Assembly (NCBI RefSeq): GCF_009914755.1
Contig: NC_060930.1
Direction: 5' to 3' (one strand)
DNA: 64,000 bases
Origin: the human T2T-CHM13v2.0 reference genome, Homo sapiens
Below the pieces are notes generated by a model. That model saw only the letters and a program-made list of their open reading frames with translations, was not told the DNA's origin and did not search any database. Of this stretch, positions 20,783-35,330 are shown in pieces (position 1 is the first letter of the stretch; every line of letters begins with the position of its first letter). A program made the position numbers and the translations under genes.

Positions 20783-21122
20783 CAGTTGGCCTCTTGTATC
20801 AATCCGTGAATTCAACCAACCACAGTCCAAATATTACTATATTCAAATATTTGAGAAAAAGATGCATCTGTATTGAACATGTACAGGCTTTTCTTTCTTG
20901 TCGTATTCCCTAAACAATACAGTATAAAAATATTTACATAGTACTGACATCATATTAGGTGTTATAAGTAATCTAGAGATTATTTAAAGTATATAGGAGT
21001 ATATGCTTAGGTTATAAGAAAATATTATGCCATTTTCTATCTCAGACTTGTGCATTCATGGATTTGGGCATCCAAGGGAGGTCTTGGAATCAATTTCTCC
21101 CCTGGATACCGAGGGACTACTC
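20783..21122. mobile_element. MER2-type Tigger-derived DNA transposon
   Basis: TIR-like ends cagttggcctcttgtatc / ggataccgagggactactc flanked by TA. Confidence 0.8.
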
Positions 21123-22509
21123 TATTTACTTATATTGACATTTATACCCACATCAAAGAGCAACACAAAGCATTCATATGTAGAATATTTGAAAGAGAGT
21201 GCTGGTTAAAACACAAAATTGATTAAACTTAATTGGGAATTTGCTTCTCATTTCCACTTACCTCTTGAGATCCTTGATACTGAAATAAGATACTGAAATG
21301 GTTTTACAATGATAGCAAGTGTCAAAGTTACAAGGATCTGGGACTATCTGCCTTAAATATAAAAATATTTTTTTTTTGTTCAACATGACATATACCTATA
21401 AGATAGACTGCATAAAAATTAAATTCATCAGAAGGATAATTAATAAGTGATTTGAGAACATTCAAATGGCAGTGGATACATTATATTAATATTTATTTCC
21501 TTTAAAAATTTAATCGACACATTTATTAAAAATTTACTGAATATTATTACATGCAGCATTTGACTTTGGATTCAAAATTTAATATTTATAAAATATGGAA
21601 CATATACCAACTTTGGGTTCATGTAGATTTGTGTTTCTTTAAAATTTATACTGTTTAATAAAGAATAAGAAGGATATTTTACTTCATAATAGGAATTCAT
21701 TCCTTTTTTTAATGAATTAAGTGACATATTTTTCAATTTTGATAGTAGTAATTCCTATTTTGTCCCATGATATGTTAACTTGACTTTATATTATTTTCAT
21801 ATGGAACCTCATCTAAATGATAATCACAATGTTAAAAATGATTGGAAAGATTTTCCATTAAGTATCTTGGATTTTACATAAGTTCCATTTTGTAGTAATT
21901 TTTTTATTCTCTGATTACTTTGACCAGATTTTATATCTGATTTATCTTGCTAGATCTATCAATACTGTTTAAAATAACTTGGATGAATTTAATCTCTGTT
22001 GCAGTATTAAAGGGACATTCCCCCAAGAACTTATAAAGAAAATAAGATTGCTCTCTGAGATTTTAATTTTAAAATCAATACATAATTGATCAGAGGAAAG
22101 GGTTACAAAGCACCTCAGAAAGACAGACTTGCTCATAGGACTTCAGTACTTGATGCGAGCTATAAAGGCTGTGAAGACATCAGTGCCTGACAGGTCCATA
22201 GCCCTCTTGTGAGGGAAGCTGTCTAAACCAGGAATTGGTTCATGAGTATCCATTCCTTTTTTGTTGAGACCCATAGATAAGCATTCTAACAAAGGCAGCC
22301 ATCCATACACTGAACATATAGGAGAGAAATGGCTTATGAAGAGAGATAGTCTGGGAATCCTATACAATATGAGTGTCTGATGTTAGTAAGAAACCCAGCA
22401 AATCATATTCTCTCCAAGACATATTGCTTGTGAGACATTCAGAGAGAACCAAAGATAATAAAAGAGAAATATAAAGAAAAGATGGTTTACAACTATATTT
22501 AGAAATGCT

Positions 22510-22820
22510 AGCCAGGCGTGGTAGCTCATGTCTGCAATACAATCCCAGCACTTTGAGAGGCAAAGGCAAGAGGATCACTTGAGGCCAGGAGTTAGAGACC
22601 AGTCTTGGCAACACAGCGAGACCCTGTCTTTATCAAAAATTTAAAAACTAACTGGGCACGATAACATGCACCTGTACCAGTTATGTGGGAGGCTGAGGTA
22701 GGAGGATCACTTGAGCCCAGGAGTTTGAGGTTATGGTGAGCAAAGATGTGCCACTGCATTTTAGCCTGGGTGACAGGGAGAAATCCTGTATCTAAAAAAA
22801 TAAAAATTAAAAAAGTAAAA
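22510..22820 (+). mobile_element. AluJ
   Basis: ggatcacttgagcccaggagtttgagg right-arm diagnostic; TSD agaaatgct. Confidence 0.93.
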
Positions 22821-23799
22821 GAAATGCTTAAGTTGACATTATAAAAGACCACTTCTGGGAGCATATTCATATGATTAGTGAATAGAGATGCTGTGATTAA
22901 TAGATTCTGACTGATACCAGCTACAAAATTATTCTTTCCTTGAACTCCTATAATAAACCTGCATTCAATATCACCTGTGGAAATCTGAGAATGACTATTC
23001 TTTGCAACCTCAATGAGACTGTGCTAAAAGAAGACTCAAACCCTGCCAAATGCATTACCATGTCTAGAGTAATCATATACCTATTTTTAAAAAAGGTTAA
23101 CTAGCTATGAAAGCATGATGGAAGGAAAGCCACAGAAGAAAATATTGAGTGTCCATCTTAGCACTGCCAAAGGGAAAGGAAAACTAGTTTTTGGACTGCA
23201 AGTGATCTGATTCATTATAAGAACGTCTAAGTGTGATATGGAAGCTTCTATCTCTTTTTAGTCTGATGGAATAACAGTTCAATTAATCCAAATGTTCTCT
23301 TCATTTGCATTTCATATCTAGTAAGCAAACTTAGATTATGGTTTTGTTTCTCATGTTCATGAGTCAACAGAAATAAAATGCATTAATCATTGGGACATGA
23401 GTGTTATGCTCAATGTAGTAATAATTTATCATTTTGAATGAATAAATTCGAATTCTTTGTTTATATCACTTGAGTTAATTCAGTTAACAAAAATACAGCA
23501 CCCAATGATTGCATAGGCTTTCAGACAAAATAAGATTTCTTACTTTGAAAAGGCTTGGAATCAGAACTGGGTCACTTTAAATTTACTATAGTAACAAAGG
23601 GCACCTAAGAATACCTCTTAGAAGACAACCAGTGACCAAAAATGTCATTGCCATAGGCTATAAACCAAAGCCTTCTTTTCCTATTTAAATTTCCACAGTG
23701 ACAACTAGAAAGGAATGATGTCACCATCCATTACTAAAGAGGCAAATAGAGGAGGCTCATTTTTTCCTTCCAGACCACATTCATTAACAGGAGGCTCCG

Positions 23800-23932
23800 A
23801 CCTAATGCTAAATGGTGAGTTAATGGGTGCAGCACACCAAAATGGCACATGTATACATATGTAACAAACCTGCACATTGTGCACATGTACCCTAAAACTT
23901 AAAGTATAATAATAATAAAACTAAAAAAAAAA
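23800..23932 (+). mobile_element. Very short young L1PA 3' UTR insertion with poly(A)
   Basis: acctaatgctaaatg...gtaccctaaaacttaaagtataat; 42-bp direct repeats at 23748-23789 and 23933-23974. Confidence 0.95.
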
Positions 23933-24222
23933 AGAGGAGGCTCATTTTTTCCTTCCAGACCACATTCATTAACATGTGCTATCTCTGCTAATACCAACCA
24001 CAATATCACCATCTCATCTGACACTGTACTCAATTCAAAGCCACTTTTCCAAGAATTCCAAATCTAACAAATATGAAATACTACACATTTACGTAGTATT
24101 TTAAGGTAGTCAAAATTCTTTCACTTATTTATTTTATATCTTATCTCAAGCTTAACAAGTTGGCAGAAAATATGACTGTGCTGTAAAACAATGCTTCTCA
24201 ACATGTAATCCAAACTCCTTCT

Positions 24223-24992
24223 TTTTAAAAATTTATTTTTTAAAATAATTTCAACTTTCATTTTAGATTCAGGGGGCATATCCACAGGTTTGTTACATGT
24301 GTATATTTTGTGATGCTGAGGTTTATGATATGACCGATCTCATCACCCAGATACTGAGCATAGTACCAGATAGTTTTTCAACCCTTGTTCCCCTCTTCAT
24401 CTCCCCTGTAGTAGTCCCTAGTGTCTATTGTTCTCATCTTTATGTCCATGTGTACATTTAACAACCACTTAGAAGTCAGAACACGTGGTATTCGTTTTCC
24501 TACTTCTGCATTAATTTTCTTAGGATAATGACCTCTAGCTGCATCCATGTTGCTGCAAAGGACATGGTGTCATTCTTTTTTATGGATGCATAGTATTCCA
24601 TTGGTATATATGTACCACATTTTATTTATCCAATCCACTGTTGATGGGTATTTAGGTTGATTCCACATCTTTGCTATTGTGAATAGCCTGATAGTATAGT
24701 TTGAAGTCAGGTAATGTGCTGCCTCCACCTTTTTTTTTTTTTTCTTAGCATTGCCTTATCTATTTGGGCTCTTTTTTGGTTCCATGTGAATTTCAGAATA
24801 GTTTTCTATTTCTGTGAAAAGTGACATTGGTAGTATGATAGGAATAGCGCTGAATTGCTTTGGGCAGTATGGCCACTTTGTTGATATTGATTTTTCCAAT
24901 CTGTGCACATGGGATGGTTTTCCATTTGTTAGTGTCATCTATGATTTTTTTCACCAGTGTTTTGTGTTCTCATTGTAGAGATCTTTCACTTC
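24223..24992 (-). mobile_element. L1PA16/L1PB-like 3' piece with internal deletion, inserted in a MER5-like relic
   Basis: ttttagattcagggggca 3' UTR; jump at about 24687 into upstream ORF2; caa(a/g)ctccttct repeated at both flanks. Confidence 0.8.
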
Positions 24993-25180
24993 TCAAGCTC
25001 CTTCTGCATCAGAATCTCTGGCGCACCTGACAAAATGAAGATTCCTCTAAGCCCGTAAGGGAATTCTACACATACCGAGATTTGACAAATGTGACTCTGA
25101 AATTTACATAACAGCTCATGGCCCCAGTTCCTGGAATGCTGTGACAATTGATGTTATGCTACTCTCCCCCAAACGTTTTA

Positions 25181-25352
25181 GCTAGTGGTTCTCACCCTAA
25201 CTGCCTATTTGAATCACCTGAAAACATTCCAATGCATGGCCCCATCTTATACCAAGTAAATAAGAATCTGAGAATGGGATTCAAAAAACAGGATTTTAAA
25301 AGCACCCATCTCCCAAGTAATTCTAATGTGTATCCAGGGTAGAAATGCCACT
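25181..25352. mobile_element. MER5A-like hAT-Charlie MITE
   Basis: agtggttctca...gaatcacctg...cccaagtaattctaatgtg...ccact. Confidence 0.7.
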
Positions 25353-25383
25353 ATTGTATAAGCCTATATTTTTCACTATTAAC

Positions 25384-25483
25384 ATAGGTTTATTTCTGAT
25401 GAAATAAATATAGGTTTATTTCTGATGAAATAAATACAGGTTTATTTCTGATGAAAACATAGGTTTATTTCTATGAACATAGG
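25384..25483. repeat. Minisatellite, about 4 units of 26/26/23/20 bp (ataggtttatttctgatgaaataaat)
   Basis: Read directly from the sequence. Confidence 0.92.
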
Positions 25484-25553
25484 ATGGCTTTTCTGAGCCA
25501 ACTTCAGTACAATCACCAGATTTTAAAATATCTCAATTAAAACCACAAGCATA

Positions 25554-25830
25554 GGCCAGGCATGGTGGCTCACATCTATAATGCCAACACTTTGGGCCGC
25601 CAAGGTGGGTAGATCACTTGAGGCCAAGACCAGCCTGGCCAACATGGCAAAAGCCCATCTCTACTGAAAATGCAAAAAATTAGCTGGGTGTGGTAGCACA
25701 CACCTGTAGTTCCAGACACTTGGGAGGCTGAGACATAAGAATCACTGGAACTCAAGAGGCCAAGATCACGACACTGCTCTCCAGCCTGCTGACAGAACGA
25801 GACTCTGTCTCAAAAAAAAAAAAACAGAAA

Positions 25831-25872
<42 letters not shown>
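25554..25872 (+). mobile_element. Alu (J/S type, two small deletions) with a tail-derived (CA)n at about 25831-25872
   Basis: Alu body; TSD acaagcata(g) on both sides enclosing the CA tract. Confidence 0.92.
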
Positions 25873-25876
<4 letters not shown>

Positions 25877-26271
25877 CAAGCATAGACTTCATTAAGAAAG
25901 TGGTCACTCATCATTAAAATATGCAAATTTAATGGAAAAATAAATTGACTTGTGTATAAGTGAAAACAAGTAAGGCCCTCTCAGCCCAATAATACCCGCA
26001 CCTCAGATACTCCCTGAAAGCTGACCACTTCTGGGAATAAATGAATATCATGGGTCTAAAAACTACTTTTTCCAGTTATTGTCTTGTTTTGTTGATGAAT
26101 GTACTTAAATTTAGAATCTTGGAATATTATAGATCAGCATTTTCTGACATGATAACTACCAGCCACATGGCCCTATTTAGAAGTAATATTCAGTTCCTTG
26201 TGTTCCTTGTGCAGCTAGTGAACGTATATAGGAAAAAACTATGTTGTACAGCACTGTAGACCCTTATAGTT

Positions 26272-26382
26272 AGTTTCACTTTACAGATGAAGAAATAAGG
26301 CCCAGAAGATTTAAGTGCCTTTCCCTATGTTATATATCTAATTAGTGGAGGACCAAAATAATTAAACCCAAGTTTAATGACC
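26272..26382 (-). mobile_element. MIR fragment
   Basis: tttacagatgaagaaataaggcccagaagatttaagtg. Confidence 0.7.
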
Positions 26383-26747
26383 TATATACTGTCACAAATT
26401 AATAAGTGAATCAATACTTGTGATGATGATGATCATGATATTAATATTGGACATAATTGTAAAAAAAAATTATTACTATAAGCCAGACATTTTTCTGAAA
26501 GTGTTGGCTTATTATCTCTTTCTCATAAGAAACTAAAATGTTAGGTACCATAATATACTTACTTTAGAAATGTGGTAGCAGAACCACAAAGGTCACTTAG
26601 AGATTGATAATTATTAGGTGACAGAAATGGAATCACCATACACATAAAAAGCTAATATAAGAAATTTTATCACTAAACTTTAGTCATAAAGATAAAAACA
26701 AATAGCAATTTATAATACATTTGAAATGCCACCAAACATAAAGAATT

Positions 26748-26950
26748 TTCTTTTGAAAAGTTTCTGTTCATATCTCTTGGCCACTTTTTAATGGTTTTTT
26801 ATGTTTTTTTTTTCTTGTAAATTGCTTACGTTCTTTATAGATGCTAGATATTAGACCTTTGTCAGATGCATAGTTTGCAGAAATTTTCTTTCATTGTGTA
26901 GGCTGTTTACTCTGTTAATAGTTTCTTTTGCTGTGCAGAAGCTATTAAGT
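26748..26950 (-). mobile_element. Isolated internal L1PA13-like ORF2 fragment
   Basis: Homologous to about 33034-33238 of the L1 in this window; no poly(A). Confidence 0.85.
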
Positions 26951-27355
26951 AACCTATGCTGATTAAAACAGAATACCATAAAATAGAAACTAAATAATTA
27001 GAAACATTTGTCAATATATAGTTGATATATTTTCAATCTACTTGCAGACTGATGCTACTGCCAATGTATATACACATGTAAAAAGAGACTAAATTTCTAA
27101 TTCGTTTTAACAAAAACAATTAACCTAGATTAGACAAATTCTTGTTGGAACTGAGCCCAATTCTACATGTGTTTTCCTTAAATAGAATTTGTTTATAATT
27201 ATTGAACTAAAACTTTTCATTTCTAAAGAGAAAGGGGAAAGCTGAAGAATATCTTGTTGTGGTTCCTTATATTGATTAAGCAAATGAACTTACCATAATG
27301 ATTCTAAGTGATCTAGTTAAGCAAATGCCTGGTATATTTACGCTGAAGAAAAAAA

Positions 27356-28782
27356 TTTTTAACTTTTATTTTAAGTTTGGCATACATGTGCAGGATGTGC
27401 AGGTTTGTTACACAGGTAAATGTATGTCATGGACCTTTTTTGTACAGATTATTTCATCACCTAGGTATTAAGTCTAGTACCCATCAGTTATATTTCTTGA
27501 TCCTCTCTCTCCTCCCACCTTCCACCCTCCCATAGGCCCCAATGTGTGTTGTTCCCCTCCATGTGTCCACGTGTCCTCATCATTTAGCTCCCACTTATAA
27601 GTGAGAACATGTGGTATTTGGTTTCTGTTCCCACCTTAGTTTGCTAAGGGTAATGGTCTCTAGCTCCCTCCATGTTCCTGGAAAGGACATGAACTTGTTC
27701 TTTTTTTATGGCTACATAGTATTTCACGGTGTATATGTAAAATATTTTCTTTATCCAGTCTACCACTGGTGCACATTTAGGTTGATTCCATGTCTTTGCT
27801 ATTGTGAATAGTGCTGCAATGAACATATGCATGTGTCTTTATAATCGAATAATTTATATTCTCTTGGGTATATGCACCATAATTGAATTGCTGGGTTGAA
27901 TGGAGGTTCTATGTTTAGCTCTTTGAGGAATCACCACACTGTTTTCCACAATGGTTGAACTAATTTATAATCCCATCAACAGTGATAAGCATTCCCTTTT
28001 TTCTACAGCCTTGCTAGTATCTGTTTTGTTTGTTTTGTTTTTTGTTTTTGTTTTTGTTTTTACTTTTACTTTTTAATAATAGCCATTCTGGCAGGTGTGA
28101 GATGGTATCTCATTGTGGTTTTGATTTAAATTTCTCTAAAGATCAGTAATGTTGCACTTTTTTTACATGCTTGTTGGTCACATGTATGTCTTCTTTTGAA
28201 AATGACAATCTTCATAGAACTTGAAAAAACTATTTTAAAATTCGTATAGAACCATTAAAGCCTGAGTAGCCAAGGCAATGCAAAGAAAAAACAAATAATA
28301 ATTAAAAAAAAAAGCTGGAGGCATCACACCACCCAAATTCAAACTATATTACAGGCTACAGTAACCAAAACAGCATGGTACTGGTACAAAAACAGATACA
28401 TAGATGAATGGAACAAAATAGAGAGCCCAGAAGTAATACTGCATGCCTACAACCATCTGATCTTTGACAAAACGGACAAAAACAAGCAATGGAGGAAATA
28501 ATTCACTATTCAATAAATGGTGCTGGGATAACTGGTCAGCCTATGCAGAAGACTGAAGCTGGATCCTTACCTTTCACCATATAAAAATATTAAGTCAAGA
28601 GGATTAAAGACCTAAATGTAAACCAAAAACTATAAAAACCCTGGAAGACAACTGAGGCAATATCATTCAGGATGTAGTCTTGGGTGAGGATTTCATTATG
28701 AAAATGCCAAAAGCAATCACAACAAAAGCAAAACTTGACAAATAGGATCTAATTAAGAGATTCTGCACAGCAAAATAAACTA
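27356..28782. mobile_element. 5'-inverted L1PA13-like element: 3' arm (-) 27356-28200, inverted ORF2 arm (+) 28201-28782
   Basis: Strand switch at ...ttcttttgaa|aatgacaatcttcatagaac... Confidence 0.88.
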
Positions 28783-29177
28783 CCCATAGCGTGAGCGACG
28801 CAGGAGAGGGGTGAATTCTGCATTTCCATCTGAGGTACCGGGTTCTTCTCACTAGGGAGTGCCAGACAGTGGGCGCACGTCAGTGGGTGCACGAGCCGAA
28901 GCAGGATGAGGCATTGCCTCACTCGGGAAGTGCAAGGGGTCAGGGAGTTCCCTTTCCTAGTCAAAGAAAGGAGTGACAGACGGCCCCTGGAAAATCGGGT
29001 CACTCCCACCCGAACACTGCGCTTTTCCGAAGGGCTTAAAAAACGGCGCACCACAAGATTATATCCTGCACCTGGCTTGGAGGATCCTATGCCCACGGAG
29101 TCTAGCTGATTGCTAGCACAGCAGTCTGAGATCAAACTGCAAGGAGGCAGCGAGGGTGGGAGAGGGGCGCCCGCCAT
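28749..29177 (-). CDS. L1 ORF0-like antisense ORF, extended to 142 aa
   Basis: MAGAPLPPSLPPCSLISDCCASNQ... matches the ORF0 N-terminus; the frame is open past the L1 5' end. Confidence 0.6.
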   Translation of the reverse strand: MAGAPLPPSLPPCSLISDCCASNQLDSVGIGSSKPGAGYNLVVRRFLSPSEKRSVRVGVTRFSRGRLSLLSLTRKGNSLTPCTSRVRQCLILLRLVHPLTCAHCLALPSEKNPVPQMEMQNSPLSCVAHAMGSLFCCAESLN

Positions 29178-29751
29178 TGCCCTGGCTTGCTTAGGTAAAT
29201 AAAGCAGCTGGGAAGCTCCAACTGGGTGGAGCCCACCACAGCTCAAGGAGGCCTGCCTGCCTGGGTAGGCTCCACCTCTGGGGGCAGGGTACAGACAAAC
29301 AAAAAGAGAGCAGTAGCCTCTGCAGACTTAAATGTCCCTGTCTGACAGCTTTGAAGAGAGCAGTGGTTCTCCCAGCACGCAGCTGGAGATCTGAGAACGG
29401 GCAGACAGTCCCCTCAAGTGGGTCCCTTAACCCTGACCCCTGAGCAGCCTGAGAGGCACCCCCCAGTAGGGGCAGACTGACACCTCACATGGCCAGGTAC
29501 TCCTCTGAGACAAAACTTGCAGAGGAACGATCAGACAGCAGCATTCGCGGTTCATGAAAAACCACAGATCTGCAGACACCGCTGCTGATACCCAGGCAAA
29601 CAGGGTCTGGAGTGGACCTCTAGCAAACTCCAACAGACCTGCAGCTGAGGCCCTGTTAGAAGGAAAACTAACTAACAGAAAGGACATACACACCAAAAAC
29701 CCATCTGTACATCACCATCATCAAAGACCAAAAGTAGATAAAACCACAAAG

Positions 29752-30120
29752 ATGGGGAAAAAACAGAGCAGAAAAACTGGAAACTCTAAAAAGAAGAGCA
29801 CCTCTCCTCCTCCAAAGGATCGCAGTTCCTCACCAGCAATGGAACAAAGCTGGATGGAGAATGACTTTGACTAGTTGAGAGAAGAAGGCTTCAGACGATC
29901 AAACTACGAGCTACAGGAGGAAATTCAAACCAAAGGCAAAGAAGTTAAAAACTTTGAAAAAAATTTAGATGAATGTATAGCTAGAAAAACCAATACAGAG
30001 AAGTGCTTAAAGGAGATGAGGGAGCTGAAAGCCAAGGCTCGAGAACTACATGAAGAATGCAGAAGCCTCAGGAGCTGATGCAATCAACTGGAAGAAAGGG
30101 TAACAGCGATGGAAGATGAA
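29752..30120 (+). pseudogene. L1 ORF1 N-terminal remnant
   Basis: MGKKQSRKTGNSK...; stop at 29872-29874; truncated at 30120. Confidence 0.9.
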
Positions 30121-33836
<3,716 letters not shown>

Positions 33837-34492
33837 CAGGAAGGGGAACATCACACTCTGGGGACTGTTGTGGGGTGGGGGGAGGGGGGAGGGATAGCAT
33901 TGGGAGATATACCTAATGCTAGGTGACGAGTTAGTGGGTGCAGCGCACCAGCAGCATGTTACATGTATACATATGTAACTAAACTGTACATTGTGCACAT
34001 GTACCCTAAAACTTAAAGTATAATTTAAAAAAAAAAGAAAAAGAAACTACCTATATTTCATTTTGTTATCCTGAGAAGAGTATTAGTGAAACAATGTGTT
34101 TTTTATGTTTGAGAGAAAAACTAAACCAATGAGAACACACAACTGGAAATAAAAAACAAAGACTAAGATATAGCCAACTCTGTAATGAAGAAAAATTAAT
34201 TTATTAATGCTTATTATAGGCCAAAAAAGAAATGAACATAACAAATTTTGGTTTCTAAACTACAACTGTCACTGCAATTCTGCTGCAATACTTAATGATG
34301 TTTAGCAGTGTAAAATTTTGTTAATTGCACTTGAACAATCTTAATTTTATCTTTGAAAGCTAAGGAACCAGTAATAAATTACTTCAAGCATTCTTCCCAA
34401 TAGATCTTCCCATAACTTGGACTAGGTGGTATGCACAATTTTATTTGTTTGTTTGCTTATTTATTTATTTATTTATTTGTTTATTTGTCTTA

Positions 34493-34840
34493 GTGTGGCA
34501 GACACTGAGAACTGCCTACCCAATTGTCATCCTCCCCTTCTTTACTAACAACTTGAGCAATATGCCCAGTTACTAAACTACATTTCCCAGCTACCCTTGA
34601 AAATGGTGGAGGCCAATGAAATGTAAGGGGGATGTATTGCCTGGAGCTTCCCTTTTTACATTCCCTCTTGTTTTCGCTTTCTGCCTTGAACTCAATTGTG
34701 AAGAGTGTCTGGGTTTCCAGAAACTATTTTGGGTTAAACAGTGGGTTGAAAATTATGTGCTAATTACAGGAAACCAGAAATCTGGAAGGAGTTAGACGTT
34801 CTTGAACTACCTATTGTGGAACTTTCTCTATGTTAGAGCT
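34493..34840 (+). mobile_element. Old MaLR LTR (MLT1J-like)
   Basis: tgtggcagacact...actacatttcccagc...ggccaatgaaatgtaag. Confidence 0.6.
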
Positions 34841-34899
34841 ACCTTTAAAAGCAAATGAAATTTATAAAATATTCAGTTTTACAAAACTATAACATTGAT

Positions 34900-35330
34900 T
34901 ATCATAAAAATGAAACACAACCATATGAAAGGCAATTTGAAAATTATATAAGCTGTATAAATTTTTATTGTTTACAGACGATTAATGAATTCTATTTAGT
35001 AAATTACAAATTTGAAGAATAAAATTAGAAATTAAAAAATAAAATCTAAAATATCAAAATAATCTCAAGGAGAGATTGAAACTAAATAGAACAAAACCAT
35101 GAGAAAATAAGAAACAGTCTCAAAGAATAAACTCCAAGGGCAATGTAGGACTCAGATATATTTATAGAGAAATTTTCCCACATTTTTAAGAAATAGGTTA
35201 TCCCTATTCTATGTGAATGTTTCACAACATATAAAAAAATGAAATATTACTGAATATGTTTTACAAAACTAGTATTATGCTATACCAAACCTAACAAAGT
35301 AAACACTCTGTTAAACATACACAAATATAT
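34900..35330 (+). mobile_element. Ancient L1M ORF2 fragment
   Basis: A-rich; degenerate match to the ORF2 Z region (gtaggactcagat...gagaaattttcccacatttttaagaa). Confidence 0.5.

Noticed and set aside
23263-23321. AG/GT-bounded segment SDGITVQLIQMFSSFAFHI
   Set aside because: Its end phase does not fit the next candidate exon, and there is no other support.
33868-33895. G-quadruplex-like tract
   Set aside because: Standard feature of the L1 3' UTR.
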